Below are positions 12,331-23,779 of a DNA stretch of 64,000 nt, in pieces. A program made the translations under genes and the position numbers. The notes beneath the pieces were generated by a model. It saw nothing but the letters and a program-made list of their open reading frames with translations. It was not told where the DNA came from and did not search any database. The DNA comes from Zygnema circumcarinatum SAG 698-1b (taxonomy: Eukaryota > Plantae > Zygnematophyceae), in contig CM074817.1 in the NCBI GenBank assembly GCA_037447605.1, forward strand, positions 310,001 to 374,000, given 5' to 3'. How positions within the stretch are numbered: position 1 is the first letter of the stretch; each line of letters starts with the position of its first letter.

Positions 12331-13667
12331 TTCCAAATTTTCGCAATGGGTGCGCATAGAGTCGGCGGGTCTTGGATGGCATTTGAAGTTTTCCTGTCAA
12401 TATGCCGCAGTCCACGCGGCGCTGAGAATTCCAAGCTTTGTGTTTTGTCTTATTCCGATTTTTCACTTCACTTGTGGAGGGAAGTAGTTTTTTCATGTTT
12501 ATTGTGTGATTACCTTCCTTTCATCTGGGGAGATGTTACTGATCGGCGTGTGGAAAAGGAAAGAATCAAGGGGGGAGGTTCTTTGCTATTGATGTTGTTG
12601 GCTTTTTAAGAACCGCGGACTTATCTTTATTATTTTTACACGAATCGTAAACGCAAATATTTAAGCTGTAAGAAAAGTCCGTAATTGAACATGTCCGGTC
12701 ACTCAATTACTCAGTTACAAACTGTCCTTTTTTCAATGTCGATTTTGTTCTGAACATGGTCCCTTCGAATCCGAAATAGCAACAGCTACATATTTTCCTC
12801 TCCTGAAGGTCGTGTAGCTCTTCGAATTCGTATTCATTCAAGTATCAACGACTACGTCAGGCTGGTCAAGTCAAGTCAAGTCAAGTCCCGCTAGTCGAGC
12901 TTAGTTACTCATCATCCTTTTTTGTACCTCTGTGATGGAATAACACCTTTATGATGCAAACATGTGTCGCAAACTTTCATATATACACCTCAGAAGGAAA
13001 CAACACCAATTGTTTCCAGGTGACATCCCCACCTTCGATAGATGACTCAGATACCTTGTCTACTCTATGGAACTCTCAAACCGGAGACTCCTGACAAAGC
13101 AAGCAACAACATATGATAACTTTACATTGCTTGTCTATGGTTTCAACTGTGAGAGCAAATCAGAGGGCCAACTGAAAGCAGGATCGAATGACAACACCCC
13201 GTCAGTGCTTAATCGACTGGCTAAAACCAATTTAAAGTCGACTAAAAAGGCAACGGAGTTAGACTGCTGAAGCAAACGAGTGAAGCGAACCGCCGCTTCA
13301 TCTGCTCCAACTGACCGCTGCCGAAAAAAAAAAACCCATTAAGAACAGTTTGGTCCTCCTCCACTATACAAGGCGCTCCATTTTCTCATCTGGTCGCAGT
13401 TACTTCCCTATAAAATATATCAAATCGCTGCAATTCCGCTCCAATGAAACCTTCAGCCTCCCTTCCCTCTCCTGACCGACATCTCTCCCTCTCTCCCTCC
13501 ACTCCTCCCTCCACCGTCAACCACGAGCCCTAAACTCAATACGCCCTCCCACCTTCTACTCCCAATTCCGCTCCCTCCTAACACCCCCCCTCTCCCATCT
13601 CTTCCTCTCCCTCTCTCCCACTATCGCCTCTCCCTACCGACCCCGCTTCCTGTACTTGTACCCCAAC

Positions 13668-13988
13668 CTTCACTTCCCGCGGCTGCGCGAAATCCGCCGC
13701 CGCGCTCACCGTACGATCCTTCCGGCCGAGCCGCCCCCGCGGTCCGCCATGGCCGGGCTCGCTCCTCCGCGCCGTCCGGCCCTCCCCCCCCTCCTTCTCC
13801 CCCTCCTTCTGCTTGAGCGCGCTCGCCTTCCAGAGGTGCTCCCAGTTTTGCATGCATGCGCCGGCGGCGTCCGTCTCCTTCGTCATCCATGGCGGAAGCA
13901 GAACCGCGTCGGCGGGCGGAGAGGGCGACTGGGAGAGAGCGAGATCCTCAGGAACGCCTGTGAATGTGCGCAGCAGATTCAGGGCCAT
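13668..13988 (-). CDS. First exon (107 codons) of a gene of unknown function; downstream exons lie somewhere in 12900-13500
   Basis: ATG at 13988 opens a GC-rich, coding-like frame MALNLLRTFTG...NWEHLWKASALKQK...FAQPREVK ending at donor AAG|GTTGGG (13667). No family recognised. Confidence 0.6.
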
Positions 13989-15135
13989 AGCTCTCTCTCT
14001 CTCTCTCTATCCCACTATCTGTGTCTCTCCTTTCTGGGGCTCTCTCTCTCCCCTATTTATCCCTTTCTCCCCCTCACTATCTCCCCTTCTCTATGTGTCT
14101 CTCCCTCTTTCTAATCGCTCTCTCCCTCTCTCGCTCTCTCTCTCCCTCTCTCGCTCTCTCTCTCCCTCTCTCTCTCTCTCCCACTCTCCCTCCCTGTCTC
14201 CCTCCCCCCTCGCCCCAACGGAGCCGTCCGGCGGCGAAGGGGTAACCGCGCCGTTGGATGGACACCGAGCGGGCGCATGTCAGACGCGTCCGTACTCATA
14301 TTCGTACACGTTTCCGTACGCATCGGCGCCGGCTGCCGGCAAGGTGGGAGAACGTCGACCGCACCGACATTTGTGTCGGTAAATTTGGACAGAGGCGATT
14401 CCGAGGACAGGACTGTATTGTCGTACTCGAATCCTTTTGTCACTCTGTTACGGCATGCAAGTTAAAAAAGACAATTTATGTTTGTCGTTTTGTGATGTGT
14501 TATAATTAAAGGGGTGACGCTTGCCCAGAAATGGGACAGTCTGGATTTGTCACTGTGTGTCGGTGCCTACATGGACGCCTAACTACCACCTAAAGGTTTA
14601 TAAAGTCGTCAGAGACGACAAAAAAAGATGACAATTTGTTCGGTACGGCCGCTTCGATCCGAACGTCCGGCAGTTGGCTACACTCCAAAGCGTCATGGTA
14701 CTGGTCCTCGGACCGCCGACGAAGCTTCCAAAGAGGCGGCAAATGGTTACACATAAACGACAAAAAAAGATCATGGATATGATCTGACGGTGTCGGTGCT
14801 TCTTTGCAAGAGCGTACGAGATCCGACGGCCGAAAATTTCGTTTTGAAAGTGGACAGATCTGACGGCTCTGGTGCGTCCTTCACAAGACGGACAAGATCG
14901 GACGGTTTGGATGCATCCATAGTTTTGAGCGTGATCCAAAGGTTGAAATGCATCCGAACCATTTGGACGGCGGGGATATTGCTTCCATCGATCGGGATAA
15001 CATCCAACGGTCCTGAGGCCGTTCCTCGCGTTGGCACAAATCTGACGGTTGAAATGCGAATAACCAACCAACGGAACTGTAACTGTAAACAAATCCACGC
15101 GATGCCCTGCATAGAGCCGCCCCCCGCCTGCCTGT

Positions 15136-15569
15136 TAGGGTTGGGGGCACGGTCCCTCTCCGACCCGTGCCCAGGGGCACGTGCCCCCCCCCCCCCTTGG
15201 GGGGGGGGCATGCCCCTTTTTCGTGCCCCGTGACGTGACTGCATTGAGCAATTCAAATCGGCCCCAAAAAGAATATAATATTTTTAAAACGGTACGGTTG
15301 AAGGTACGGAAAGTACAGGTGAATGTACTAAATGTACGAATCAATGTACAAATGTACGGAAAATATGAAAAGTACGGACAATACTGAACACAACAATCGT
15401 CACCGGCCCGGGCCCGGTCGTACGAGGTAAGCGTCACGTGACAGGGGGCACGGGGGGGCACGAAATATATGGGGAAAATTTTTGGAGGCGTGCCCCGGGC
15501 ACGGACGGTCAAAAATGGGGGGCATGCCCCCCCCCCGGGCATGCCCGTGCCCCCGTGCCCCCAACCCTA
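15136..15569 (+). mobile_element. hAT-superfamily MITE (434 bp)
   Basis: 17-bp TIR TAGGGTTGGGGGCACGG / CCGTGCCCCCAACCCTA and a perfect 8-bp TSD CTGCCTGT (15128-15135, 15570-15577). A second copy lies at 48211-48642. Confidence 0.92.
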
Positions 15570-15692
15570 CTGCCTGTCCAATTCCAGCCCTCTTCCCCAC
15601 CCCAACCCCCCCCTGGCCTCTTCGCGCCACGTTGCTCCCTCCCCTCCCCGCTTCGCCTCCCCTGCTTGCGCCACGTGGCGCCGCGTGACGCC

Positions 15693-18603
15693 ATGCTGGC
15701 CCTCGGATTCGAGGGCTCTGCCAACAAGATCGGCATCGGCGTGGCGGCCTCCGACGGGCGTGTGCTGGCCAACCCCCGCGTGACATATGTCACGCCGCCC
15801 GGACAGGGCTTCCTCCCGCGCGAGACGGCCGTGCACCACCAGCGGCACGTGCTGCCCCTCGTCAGGCGCGCGCTTGAGGAGGTGCGGGGGTAGGGGGTAG
15901 GGGCTAGGGGTTATGGTTTAGGGCTTATGGTTTAGGGTTAAGGGGTTAGGGTTTAGGCTAAGGGTTTAGGGTTCAAGGTTTAGGGTTGAGGGTTTGGGGT
16001 GTAAGGTTTAGGGTTTAGGGCTTCGGGTTTAGAGTGAAGGGTTTAGAATTTAGGCTTAAGGGGTTATGGTTTAGGGTTTAAGGTTTAGGGGTTAGGGTTT
16101 AGGATTTAAGCTTAAAGGGTTAAGGTTTAGGGTTCAGGGTGTAGGGTTTAGGCTTAAGGGTTCAGAATTTAGGGTTCAGGGGTTTAGGACCTTTCGGGGT
16201 ATTGGGATAGAGGGGCTTAGGATTTAGGGTTAGGGTTTGGGTTTAGGGTATAGGTGGGTTAGGGTTTGTGGCTCGGGGTTGAAGGTTTCTGGTTCTGAGC
16301 GCGGTGCGGGTGCAGGCGGGCGTGACGGAGGCTGACGTGGCCTGCCTCTGCTACACGCGCGGGCCGGGCATGGGCGGACCTCTGCAGGCGGTGGCGGTGG
16401 TGGTGCGCATGCTCGCGCAGGTAGGGACGGGGGTTCAGGGTTCAAGGTTTAAGGTTGAGGATTTAGGGTTTAGGTTGGAGGATTTAGGGTTTAGGGTTGA
16501 GGATTTAAGGTTTAGGGTTGAGGACTTAGGGTTTAGGGTTGAGGATTCAGGGTTCTGGCTATTGTGTGCTTAGACTTTGGAGTTTTGAAGAATTGGGTTC
16601 TTGGGGTTCTATGACTGAAGCGGTTCTTAAGTTTTTTTCCAAGGGAAAAAACTTTTTACTTGGGGTCTTTTGTACTTCTCCTCCCCCTCTCCCGTTCCCT
16701 TTCCCTCCGCCCTCTCTGCCCTCTCCCGCCTTCCCCTCTCTCTCTCTTTCGCCTATTCTCTCTCCCCCCCTTCTCCCTCTTCCTGAGCGTCTCGGTACGA
16801 TTCCGTTATTTCAAATAAATGAAGTTAGAATACAATAAATGTAATGTAATGTTGGTATTTGTGTTTAAGGGCCCAATCCTTCATCCTTCATCCTTCATCC
16901 TTCGTCCTTCCCGTTGGTCGTTTGCAGTTGTGGAAGAAGCCAATAGTGGCTGTGAACCACTGCGTGGCACACATAGAAATGGGGCGAGTCGTGACAGGAG
17001 CGGAGGACCCCGTCGTGCTCTATGTCAGCGGGGGCAATACTCAAGTACGAAATTTGGCCTCCAAAACTTATAAATTCGTACCTGACTAATTCACATTTTT
17101 CAGATTATTCATATTTTTCTTCTCTGTTTGTTTGCCCATCCTCAACAGACCAGTTCCTAAGTCGAGCTGCCACAAACTTTTTGAACAAGCAAAAGCTGCA
17201 CGAGGGAACTTGGACCTTAAATAGCATATTTAAGCATTTTCTATTGGTAATTATGGAAAGCAACAGCTTTTTCCTTAATTGTTTTGGGGAGGGGTAAAGG
17301 AGCTTGTGACAGGTGATTGCTTATTCTGAAGGGAAGTATCGAATTTTTGGAGAAACGATCGATATTGCTGTCGGGAATTGCTTGGATCGATTTGCTCGTG
17401 TTCTCAATATCTCAAACGATCCGAGCCCCGGATACAACATAGAACAGGTCAGTTCAGTCTTCCGTCAGCAGTAGTAGACCCAACAGGAACATGGAAAGGG
17501 GGGAAGAGTTTCATGGGGCCCTATATAGACTCTTTACCAGACTGCTAATTAATTATTAAACGAATTAGAATCTGGGGGTGTTGAAAGGTTTCCAAAATCT
17601 GTGTGATTGAAACGAAAAAATTGCTTGTTTTGTGGTGTGAGCAGTATGCAAAGCGCGGAAAAAAGTTCTTGGAACTTCCGTATGTGGTGAAGGGGATGGA
17701 TGTTTCCTTCAGTGGAATTTTGAGCTACATAGAGACACTGGCCAATGAGATGCAGACAGCTGGCGAGTGCACCCCGGAAGACCTGTGCTACTCTCTCCAG
17801 GTCTGTTACCCTTTCATAAGAAAAACGAATTTGACTATGAAACTAAGAGTGTCGACAAATGAAGAATGAGGGAGAGAGAAATGGAGAGGCAGAGGGAGTG
17901 TCTACAGTGTATAGTTAGAATTATGTAGGCTTTTCAAAGTGAGAATGTTCCTAGCCCTTGTTTGAAAGCCTAGGTCAGTGTCCCGTCTCTCTCTCTCACA
18001 CACACACACTCTTCAATTTTGCTTTTTGTCTCCTCTCACACCCCCCTGCGCTTCTCTCCCTCTCCCTCTCCCCTCCCCCTTCTCACATTTCCCTCCCCTC
18101 TCTCTCTCTCTCCCCCTCGCCCCCTCTCACACGCCTCTCCCTCCCTCCCTCCCGCTCTCCCTCCACATCGAGTGCAGGAGACCCTCTTCGCGATGCTTGT
18201 GGAGATCACGGAGCGAGCCATGGCCCACTGCGACAAGAAGGATGTCCTCATAGTGGGAGGGGTCGGCTGCAATCTGCGACTGCAAGAGATGATGGGGGTC
18301 ATGTGTACGGAGAGAGGGGGCCGGCTCTATGCGACGGACGACAGGTACTGCGTTGACAACGGAGCCATGATCGCATATACAGGGCTGTTAGCGTTCCGTG
18401 AAGGGCAACGGACTCCGCTGGAGAAGTCTACTTGCACGCAGCGCTTTAGGACGGATGATGTTTGGGCCGTGTGGAGGGAGAGAGACGCGGGGAGAGGGGA
18501 GGGAGAGAGGGAGGGAGGGAGTGTAGTTGGGAGAGGGGTAAAGCGAGGGGCGGTGGAGGAAGAGAGGGAGAGAGTGGGAGGGAGAGTATTGGTGATGGCG
18601 TGA
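15693..18603 (+). CDS. KAE1: tRNA N6-adenosine threonylcarbamoyltransferase (KEOPS subunit Kae1/OSGEP)
   Basis: [17 protein letters not shown]...[17 protein letters not shown]; [12 protein letters not shown]; [16 protein letters not shown]; LYVSGGNTQ; [16 protein letters not shown]; [14 protein letters not shown]; [18 protein letters not shown]; [13 protein letters not shown]; CVDNGAMIA; QRFRTDDV. Confidence 0.97.
15890..16285 (+). repeat. Degenerate interstitial telomere-like (TTTAGGG)n tract in KAE1 intron 1
   Basis: Dozens of TTTAGGG, TTAAGGG and TTCAGGG variants between donor 15882 and acceptor 16315. Confidence 0.9.
16432..16555 (+). repeat. Telomere-derived 21-bp higher-order minisatellite in KAE1 intron 2
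   Basis: Strict 7-bp phase, with [TTGAGGA-TTTAGGG-TTTAGGG] repeated about 5 times. Confidence 0.88.
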
Positions 18604-18965
18604 TTTTAGGGTAAACGATTTGTCAATCGAAAGAGTCTGTATATTGATTGTAAACATTACAACATACTCTTTGTAAACATGTCACTTGTCCAGCATTGAA
18701 GTAAGATAGATTATTTCTTGCATTTTTTTTATTTTTTTCCAATCCCATAACATAGATTCCTAACTTTTCAACAAAACCCTCCTTTGCTAAATGTTTCAAT
18801 GCTTGCTAAACAAAGCTTGCCCCAAAAAAGGGACCTGATAAGCGCTTTGCTACCACCTATTCACAGAATGACTCTGCTCTAAGCCTAGTTTCATACTATT
18901 CTTTTACATAAAAAAGAATGTGTTGATAAATATATATATGAATAATTTCTTGACAATACTTAGCC

Positions 18966-21386
18966 TCACGCGCTCCCATTGGCTGCAGCGTCAGCCCTAT
19001 GACTGATGGCTTTATAGACCGCCGACATGTCGCTGTCGGCGAAGCCAAGAGCCTTCGCCTGCTTGAAGGCCTGCAGCTCCGCTCCGTACAAAAAGAAATA
19101 CACGGAGTAAAGGAATGAACAAAAACAAAACAGACAACAATGATGAGGGAGGGAGGAGGGAGAGAGGGAGAAGGGAGGGAGGCACGTAAGAAAAGGGAGA
19201 AGGGAGGAAAAGGAGAGAGGAGAAGGGGGGAGTGGGGGATGGAAGGTAGAGGGAGGGATTAGGACGGAGGGGGAGGGGGGAGGGAGTAGGGGTAGGGGGG
19301 AGGGGGGGATGGGGGACTCGGGAGAGGAGAGGGGGAAGGGGGAGGGGGAGGGTGAAGGGAGGGAGGGACGAGGGAGAGAGGAGGGAGGACGGTAAGAGGG
19401 CGGCAAAGGGGAAAGGGGAAGAGGAGGGGAGGGGAGGGGAAGGGAGAAGGGGATAAGGGTGCGGAGGGAGAAGAAGAGGGAAGTGGGGTGGAGAGGGTGA
19501 CTTGGCAGCACCTCGTTGGCTGCCGCAGCAACAGGCATGGGCTGGTTCAGCTCGTCTGCCAAAGCGAGAGCCAATCGCAAATCCTTTTGTTGATGTTTCA
19601 ATGGGAAGGCGGGAGGGTGCTGATCTTTGAGGATACTCTCACCCTTCAGTCGGAAGAGAGGGTTGCTCAATGCTCCCAAATCCTGTCAACACCAAAGAAA
19701 CCCAATTTCAAAAACAAAAAGCGAAAAACAACAGCCCCTTTTTATTCGTTTACGAACGCAAAACATTCATCTACAGGGAAGAAGAGGTGGGGATGGAGAA
19801 CTCAAAAAGGAAGGAGCGTAAAGAGAAGGAAGAAGGCGAGCGAGAAGAGAACGATTCTTACAAGAATTTCAAGAAGAGTTTGTTGGCTAAGGTCCCCTCT
19901 CTCTGCCAGAGCCATTCCCTCCGAGAGAGCGGTCACCATAGAACCCATCACCATGTTCACCACCAGCTTCATGCGGGCTCCGTTTCCGACCGGTCCCAAA
20001 AAGTAAGACTTTTTGCCCATAGCATCGAAGGCGGGCATAACCTCCTTATAGAGGCTCTGAAAAGGGGAAAAAAAAAAACAGTCATGGAAAGACGGTGTTT
20101 TGAGAAACAGGTAGCTATTGCAAGCTAGCATGTGCAGTGAGAAAGAATCTAAGAATTGGCCTTCAGATGATTAATGAGCAGATGAGAGAGGAATGTGAGT
20201 AAGAGGGAGGCTTTTACGAAAGTGTTAGAGTACGCTTATGGAAGGAGGGGGAGAGAGACGAAAGCCAAAGAGAGGGAGGAGGGGGGAAGGTGGGAGTTGT
20301 TTGCGAGCAGGGGGAGGGAGGAAGGCGGGAAAGACTCCTCCGTTTCAGCTCAGTTGCAACATATGAACATTCGTGGGGAGGAATGAGGGATGTGGGCATA
20401 ACCTCATCCCCCGCAGACAGAATGATGAGTTGTGCCGCTATTGCAGGCCCTTTGCTTCCAGACACAGGCGCCTCCAGAAATCGGCCACCCTTTGCAGTTA
20501 TAGCCTGTACATTGTCAAATATAATGTGATCGGCAGTTTTAGTAGACAAAAGAGCCGACTAAGAAACGTTTTAATCAAAAACATGGAATCCACGTTTGAG
20601 CTTGTGCAGACGAACTCCCCTCTCACATCATGTCCCTGAATGTTTACTTTTGGAAACCCAAGAACAGACAAACGTTTCCGTTTCCGTTTTTCCCTTTCGT
20701 TTCCGAATAGACAAACGGACAAACTAAAAACAGAGAAATTTGACATACCTCACTTATGCGTGTGCTTGTTTCAACATCAACTGTCGACATATCGACGTAA
20801 CTCTTCCCAGGAGCCATGCTTTCAAGCACTCCCTCAGGGCCAAAGACTGCCTGTTCCCATCATGCAAACCCAATCACATAAGTTTCTGACTTTGAATCCT
20901 CTTCAAACACTTCAAGATTACCAGCCCTATGATTCTTGTTTTGAATGAAAACCGCGAATGCCTCAATTATAGAGCTTAGAGAGTTCCCTCCCGAATGTAG
21001 CTAAATATCATTTGATTCGGAGGAGGAAGGTTCAATTAGAAGCCTAAAAATCGGACATGTTTTAATAAAGGCTGTGGATAATAGGTAGCAGCGAAATGGC
21101 TATTGTTCAATCTCAGCAACCTCTGTAACTGTTGAGAGGAACAACCTAGAAGCATTTAGAATTGAGCGGCCTGTACCGAAAAACGAGCTTGATATGCAAA
21201 ACAAAGATGAAAAACTAGATTTGCTATGACTTTCGTACATCAGTTAAAACAAAAAAAATTACATTAAGAGCGGCTGCAGGGTCTGCAAGAATCGCAATGG
21301 TAATGGGGCACTTCTCCACGACGTCTGCAGGACTGCTCCCCTGCAAAGCGCCCTCCTTCACAAGCTCCGCACACTGCAAAACGGGC

Positions 21387-21477
<91 letters not shown>

Positions 21478-21978
21478 GTCAGCTTCCTTACACACCAGTC
21501 ACAGTTGTGACCTCCACACCATTCCGCTAGCCGTCACTCCTTCGAGGGTCGAGCATACCCTATAGAGTTTCAGAGTAATCCTTTTGGGCCTCTCTACCGC
21601 CCTTGCACTCAACCATATTTCCTGGCTCACATGCTCAAGTTCATGCGTTACAATGTGGATACAGATCGGCAGCCGGTCTCAAAGCAAACCTAGACTCCGT
21701 TCTTAACCCCACCATTCGAATCCCCACAAGCAGGTGAAGAACAGGCTCTGTGAACATAGAACCTCTCCGCAGCATTCGAAAATTCTCCTCGGAAACAAAA
21801 AACAAATGCACAATCAACCGTCAAAGGTGCAAAAGCAAAGCAAAAATCAGATCAGAGGCATCACCTTCGCAGCCGTGCGGTTCCAAACAGTCACTTTATG
21901 GCCCTTCTTGAGGAGGTTGCGAGCCATGGCCGTCCCCATGATGCCAAGACCAAGAAATCCAACCTCCAAGGAAGCCAT
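18966..21978 (-). CDS. GLYR1: Glyoxylate/succinic semialdehyde reductase (GLYR, beta-hydroxyacid dehydrogenase family)
   Basis: [38 protein letters not shown]; [15 protein letters not shown]; [16 protein letters not shown]; [31 protein letters not shown]; [20 protein letters not shown]; [18 protein letters not shown]. An in-frame stop upstream of the ATG argues against a transit peptide in the same exon. Confidence 0.95.
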
Positions 21979-23386
21979 GGCTGATGAGAACGAAGCTCCC
22001 TTTTCCCTTACCTTCCTCCTTCCTCCTCCCTCTCTTCAGAACCTGCTCTTCAAATCTCCAATCGGCTCTGTTTGCAGTGAAACAAAAAGAAAATGAATTC
22101 AGCCCTGAAGACCTTACAGCAGTAGGAGGGATATGCAATATTTAAACGATAAAATAGGAAGTAATATTAGAGCTTTAGGTGAAGTTATGCAGCCCTGCCT
22201 CCTCCCTCCTCTCTCCGCCTCTCGCCTCTCCTCAAGCTCCTGCTTTGAAGGCAAACTATGGGAGTGAGCTTCCCCCATGGAAGCCAGGGGGGAAGTTTCC
22301 AATTTTCAACGCAGTCATATGTTGTCAGTTGATAGCTACGTAATCTGAACGTTCCACGAATCAAGAACCTCCACGTGGCAATTACAGCGACTTTACAAGA
22401 TTGCGTGGCTGGACATGGAACTGTCAGATGACGTCAGCCGATAGAGCGCATGCAGCTTCGCGAGACAGCGGGGGACGTCATCACGTGTGTCACGAGCTCA
22501 AAAAATTGTACGGAAAAAACTGTAAAACAAAAACCAAATTCTAGTTTGTCAAGATGAGTTTGTACGGCTCTGGATTGGCGTTCCATGAACATGTTCCATG
22601 TTTCGTCCTCCCCGCAGTCCCCCCGCGTCCTCCCATCGCCATTCCGCGTCCTCGAAACTCGATACTTCTCAAACCGCAGTCCTTCAAACCGTCCAATTCA
22701 ATCGGCAACCGTTCACTTGAACCCTGCTGTGACTCAATATATAATTTGGTCTCCCTCTCCCACTGCGCTGCTTCCCGCTTTACTCTCTAAGCACTTCTTC
22801 TCCCTCTCACTCCCGCCTCTCTCTGTGCTCGGTGTCCGTCTCTCTCTGTCTCTCTCTCAATATCTCTCTCTCTGCGCTGCTGTGCCTCCCTCGTCCCTTC
22901 CTTCCCTCATAAGGGCCTCGACTGCGGGGCCGCTTGCCCCGCCGCCACCGCCACGTGGCGGGCCGCGGCGCGCGGTGCGGCGGTCGGCGGCGGCCGCAGA
23001 TCCGCCGCCCGCCGGGTTCCGATACTCCGATATGGCCGTACACCGATATTCCGATTTATGGATACAGTGGGGGGTCCTCATATTTTCCACCCTGTACAGT
23101 GCGCTCCCAAGAAATTCACCCCGATTTTGCCGAAACCACCTTTTTGTACGGTAACTCAATGTTTACCGTACTATCCATTTATCCGTACGATCCGTCTGAT
23201 CCGTACGATCCGTACGAGTTGTAGAATCTTCCCACAGGTGCCGCCGTAAGAGGCGCTCGCACCTCTTCTCGTCTGCTCCGTATACCATCCACATCAACCA
23301 TATACACGGCAAGCATATTGACTTTCAGCGGTGTTTTGGTATTGAGCGTCGTCCAAGTCGCACAAGGCACCCGTTTTGTTTCATTA

Positions 23387-23543
23387 GGGGGTGTCAGACT
23401 TAAAAAATTTCAGTACGCGTGTTCGTAAGTTTGACATCAGAACGAGTACTCCAGTATAATCGCGATCCTCCTGCGGCGGAGTACTTTCGTAACCTTTTTT
23501 TTCGTAACGCTTTTCGTAAGATTTTGTTAAGTCTGACACCCCC
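23387..23543. mobile_element. 157-bp MITE with TA flanks (Tc1/mariner-like target site)
   Basis: TIR GGGGGTGTCAGACTTAA / TTAAGTCTGACACCCCC flanked by TA on both sides. No 8- or 9-bp TSD seen. Confidence 0.8.
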
Positions 23544-23679
23544 TATTGCCGTGGAAGCCCGTCAACCCCCAGCCTAATATAAACTCACTCAATTATTTCA
23601 TCAAGGGTGTGCACTCCACTATTGATAATTATAGCATCATCAATGAGACGAACAACGCGAAGAGCGGAAAACTACGGTA

Positions 23680-23779
23680 NNNNNNNNNNNNNNNNNNNNN
23701 NNNNNNNNNNNNNNNNNNNNNNNNNNNNNNNNNNNNNNNNNNNNNNNNNNNNNNNNNNNNNNNNNNNNNNNNNNNNNNN
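23680..23779. other. Assembly gap (100 N); 10-N gaps also at 30982-30991, 34969-34978, 54608-54617 and 63947-63956
   Basis: Runs of N, mostly within poly-G/C, CT microsatellite or repeat sequence. Confidence 1.

Noticed and set aside
15890-16555. CRISPR array or true chromosome end
   Set aside because: No unique spacers; the repeats are degenerate and lie inside introns of an intact gene.
22585-23154. 189-aa plus-strand ORF, or a small gene near the GLYR promoter
   Set aside because: It runs through a CT tract and repeat-like CCGATA motifs, with no consistent splice model or recognisable domain. The GC-rich palindrome CCGCCACGTGGCGG may simply be regulatory.
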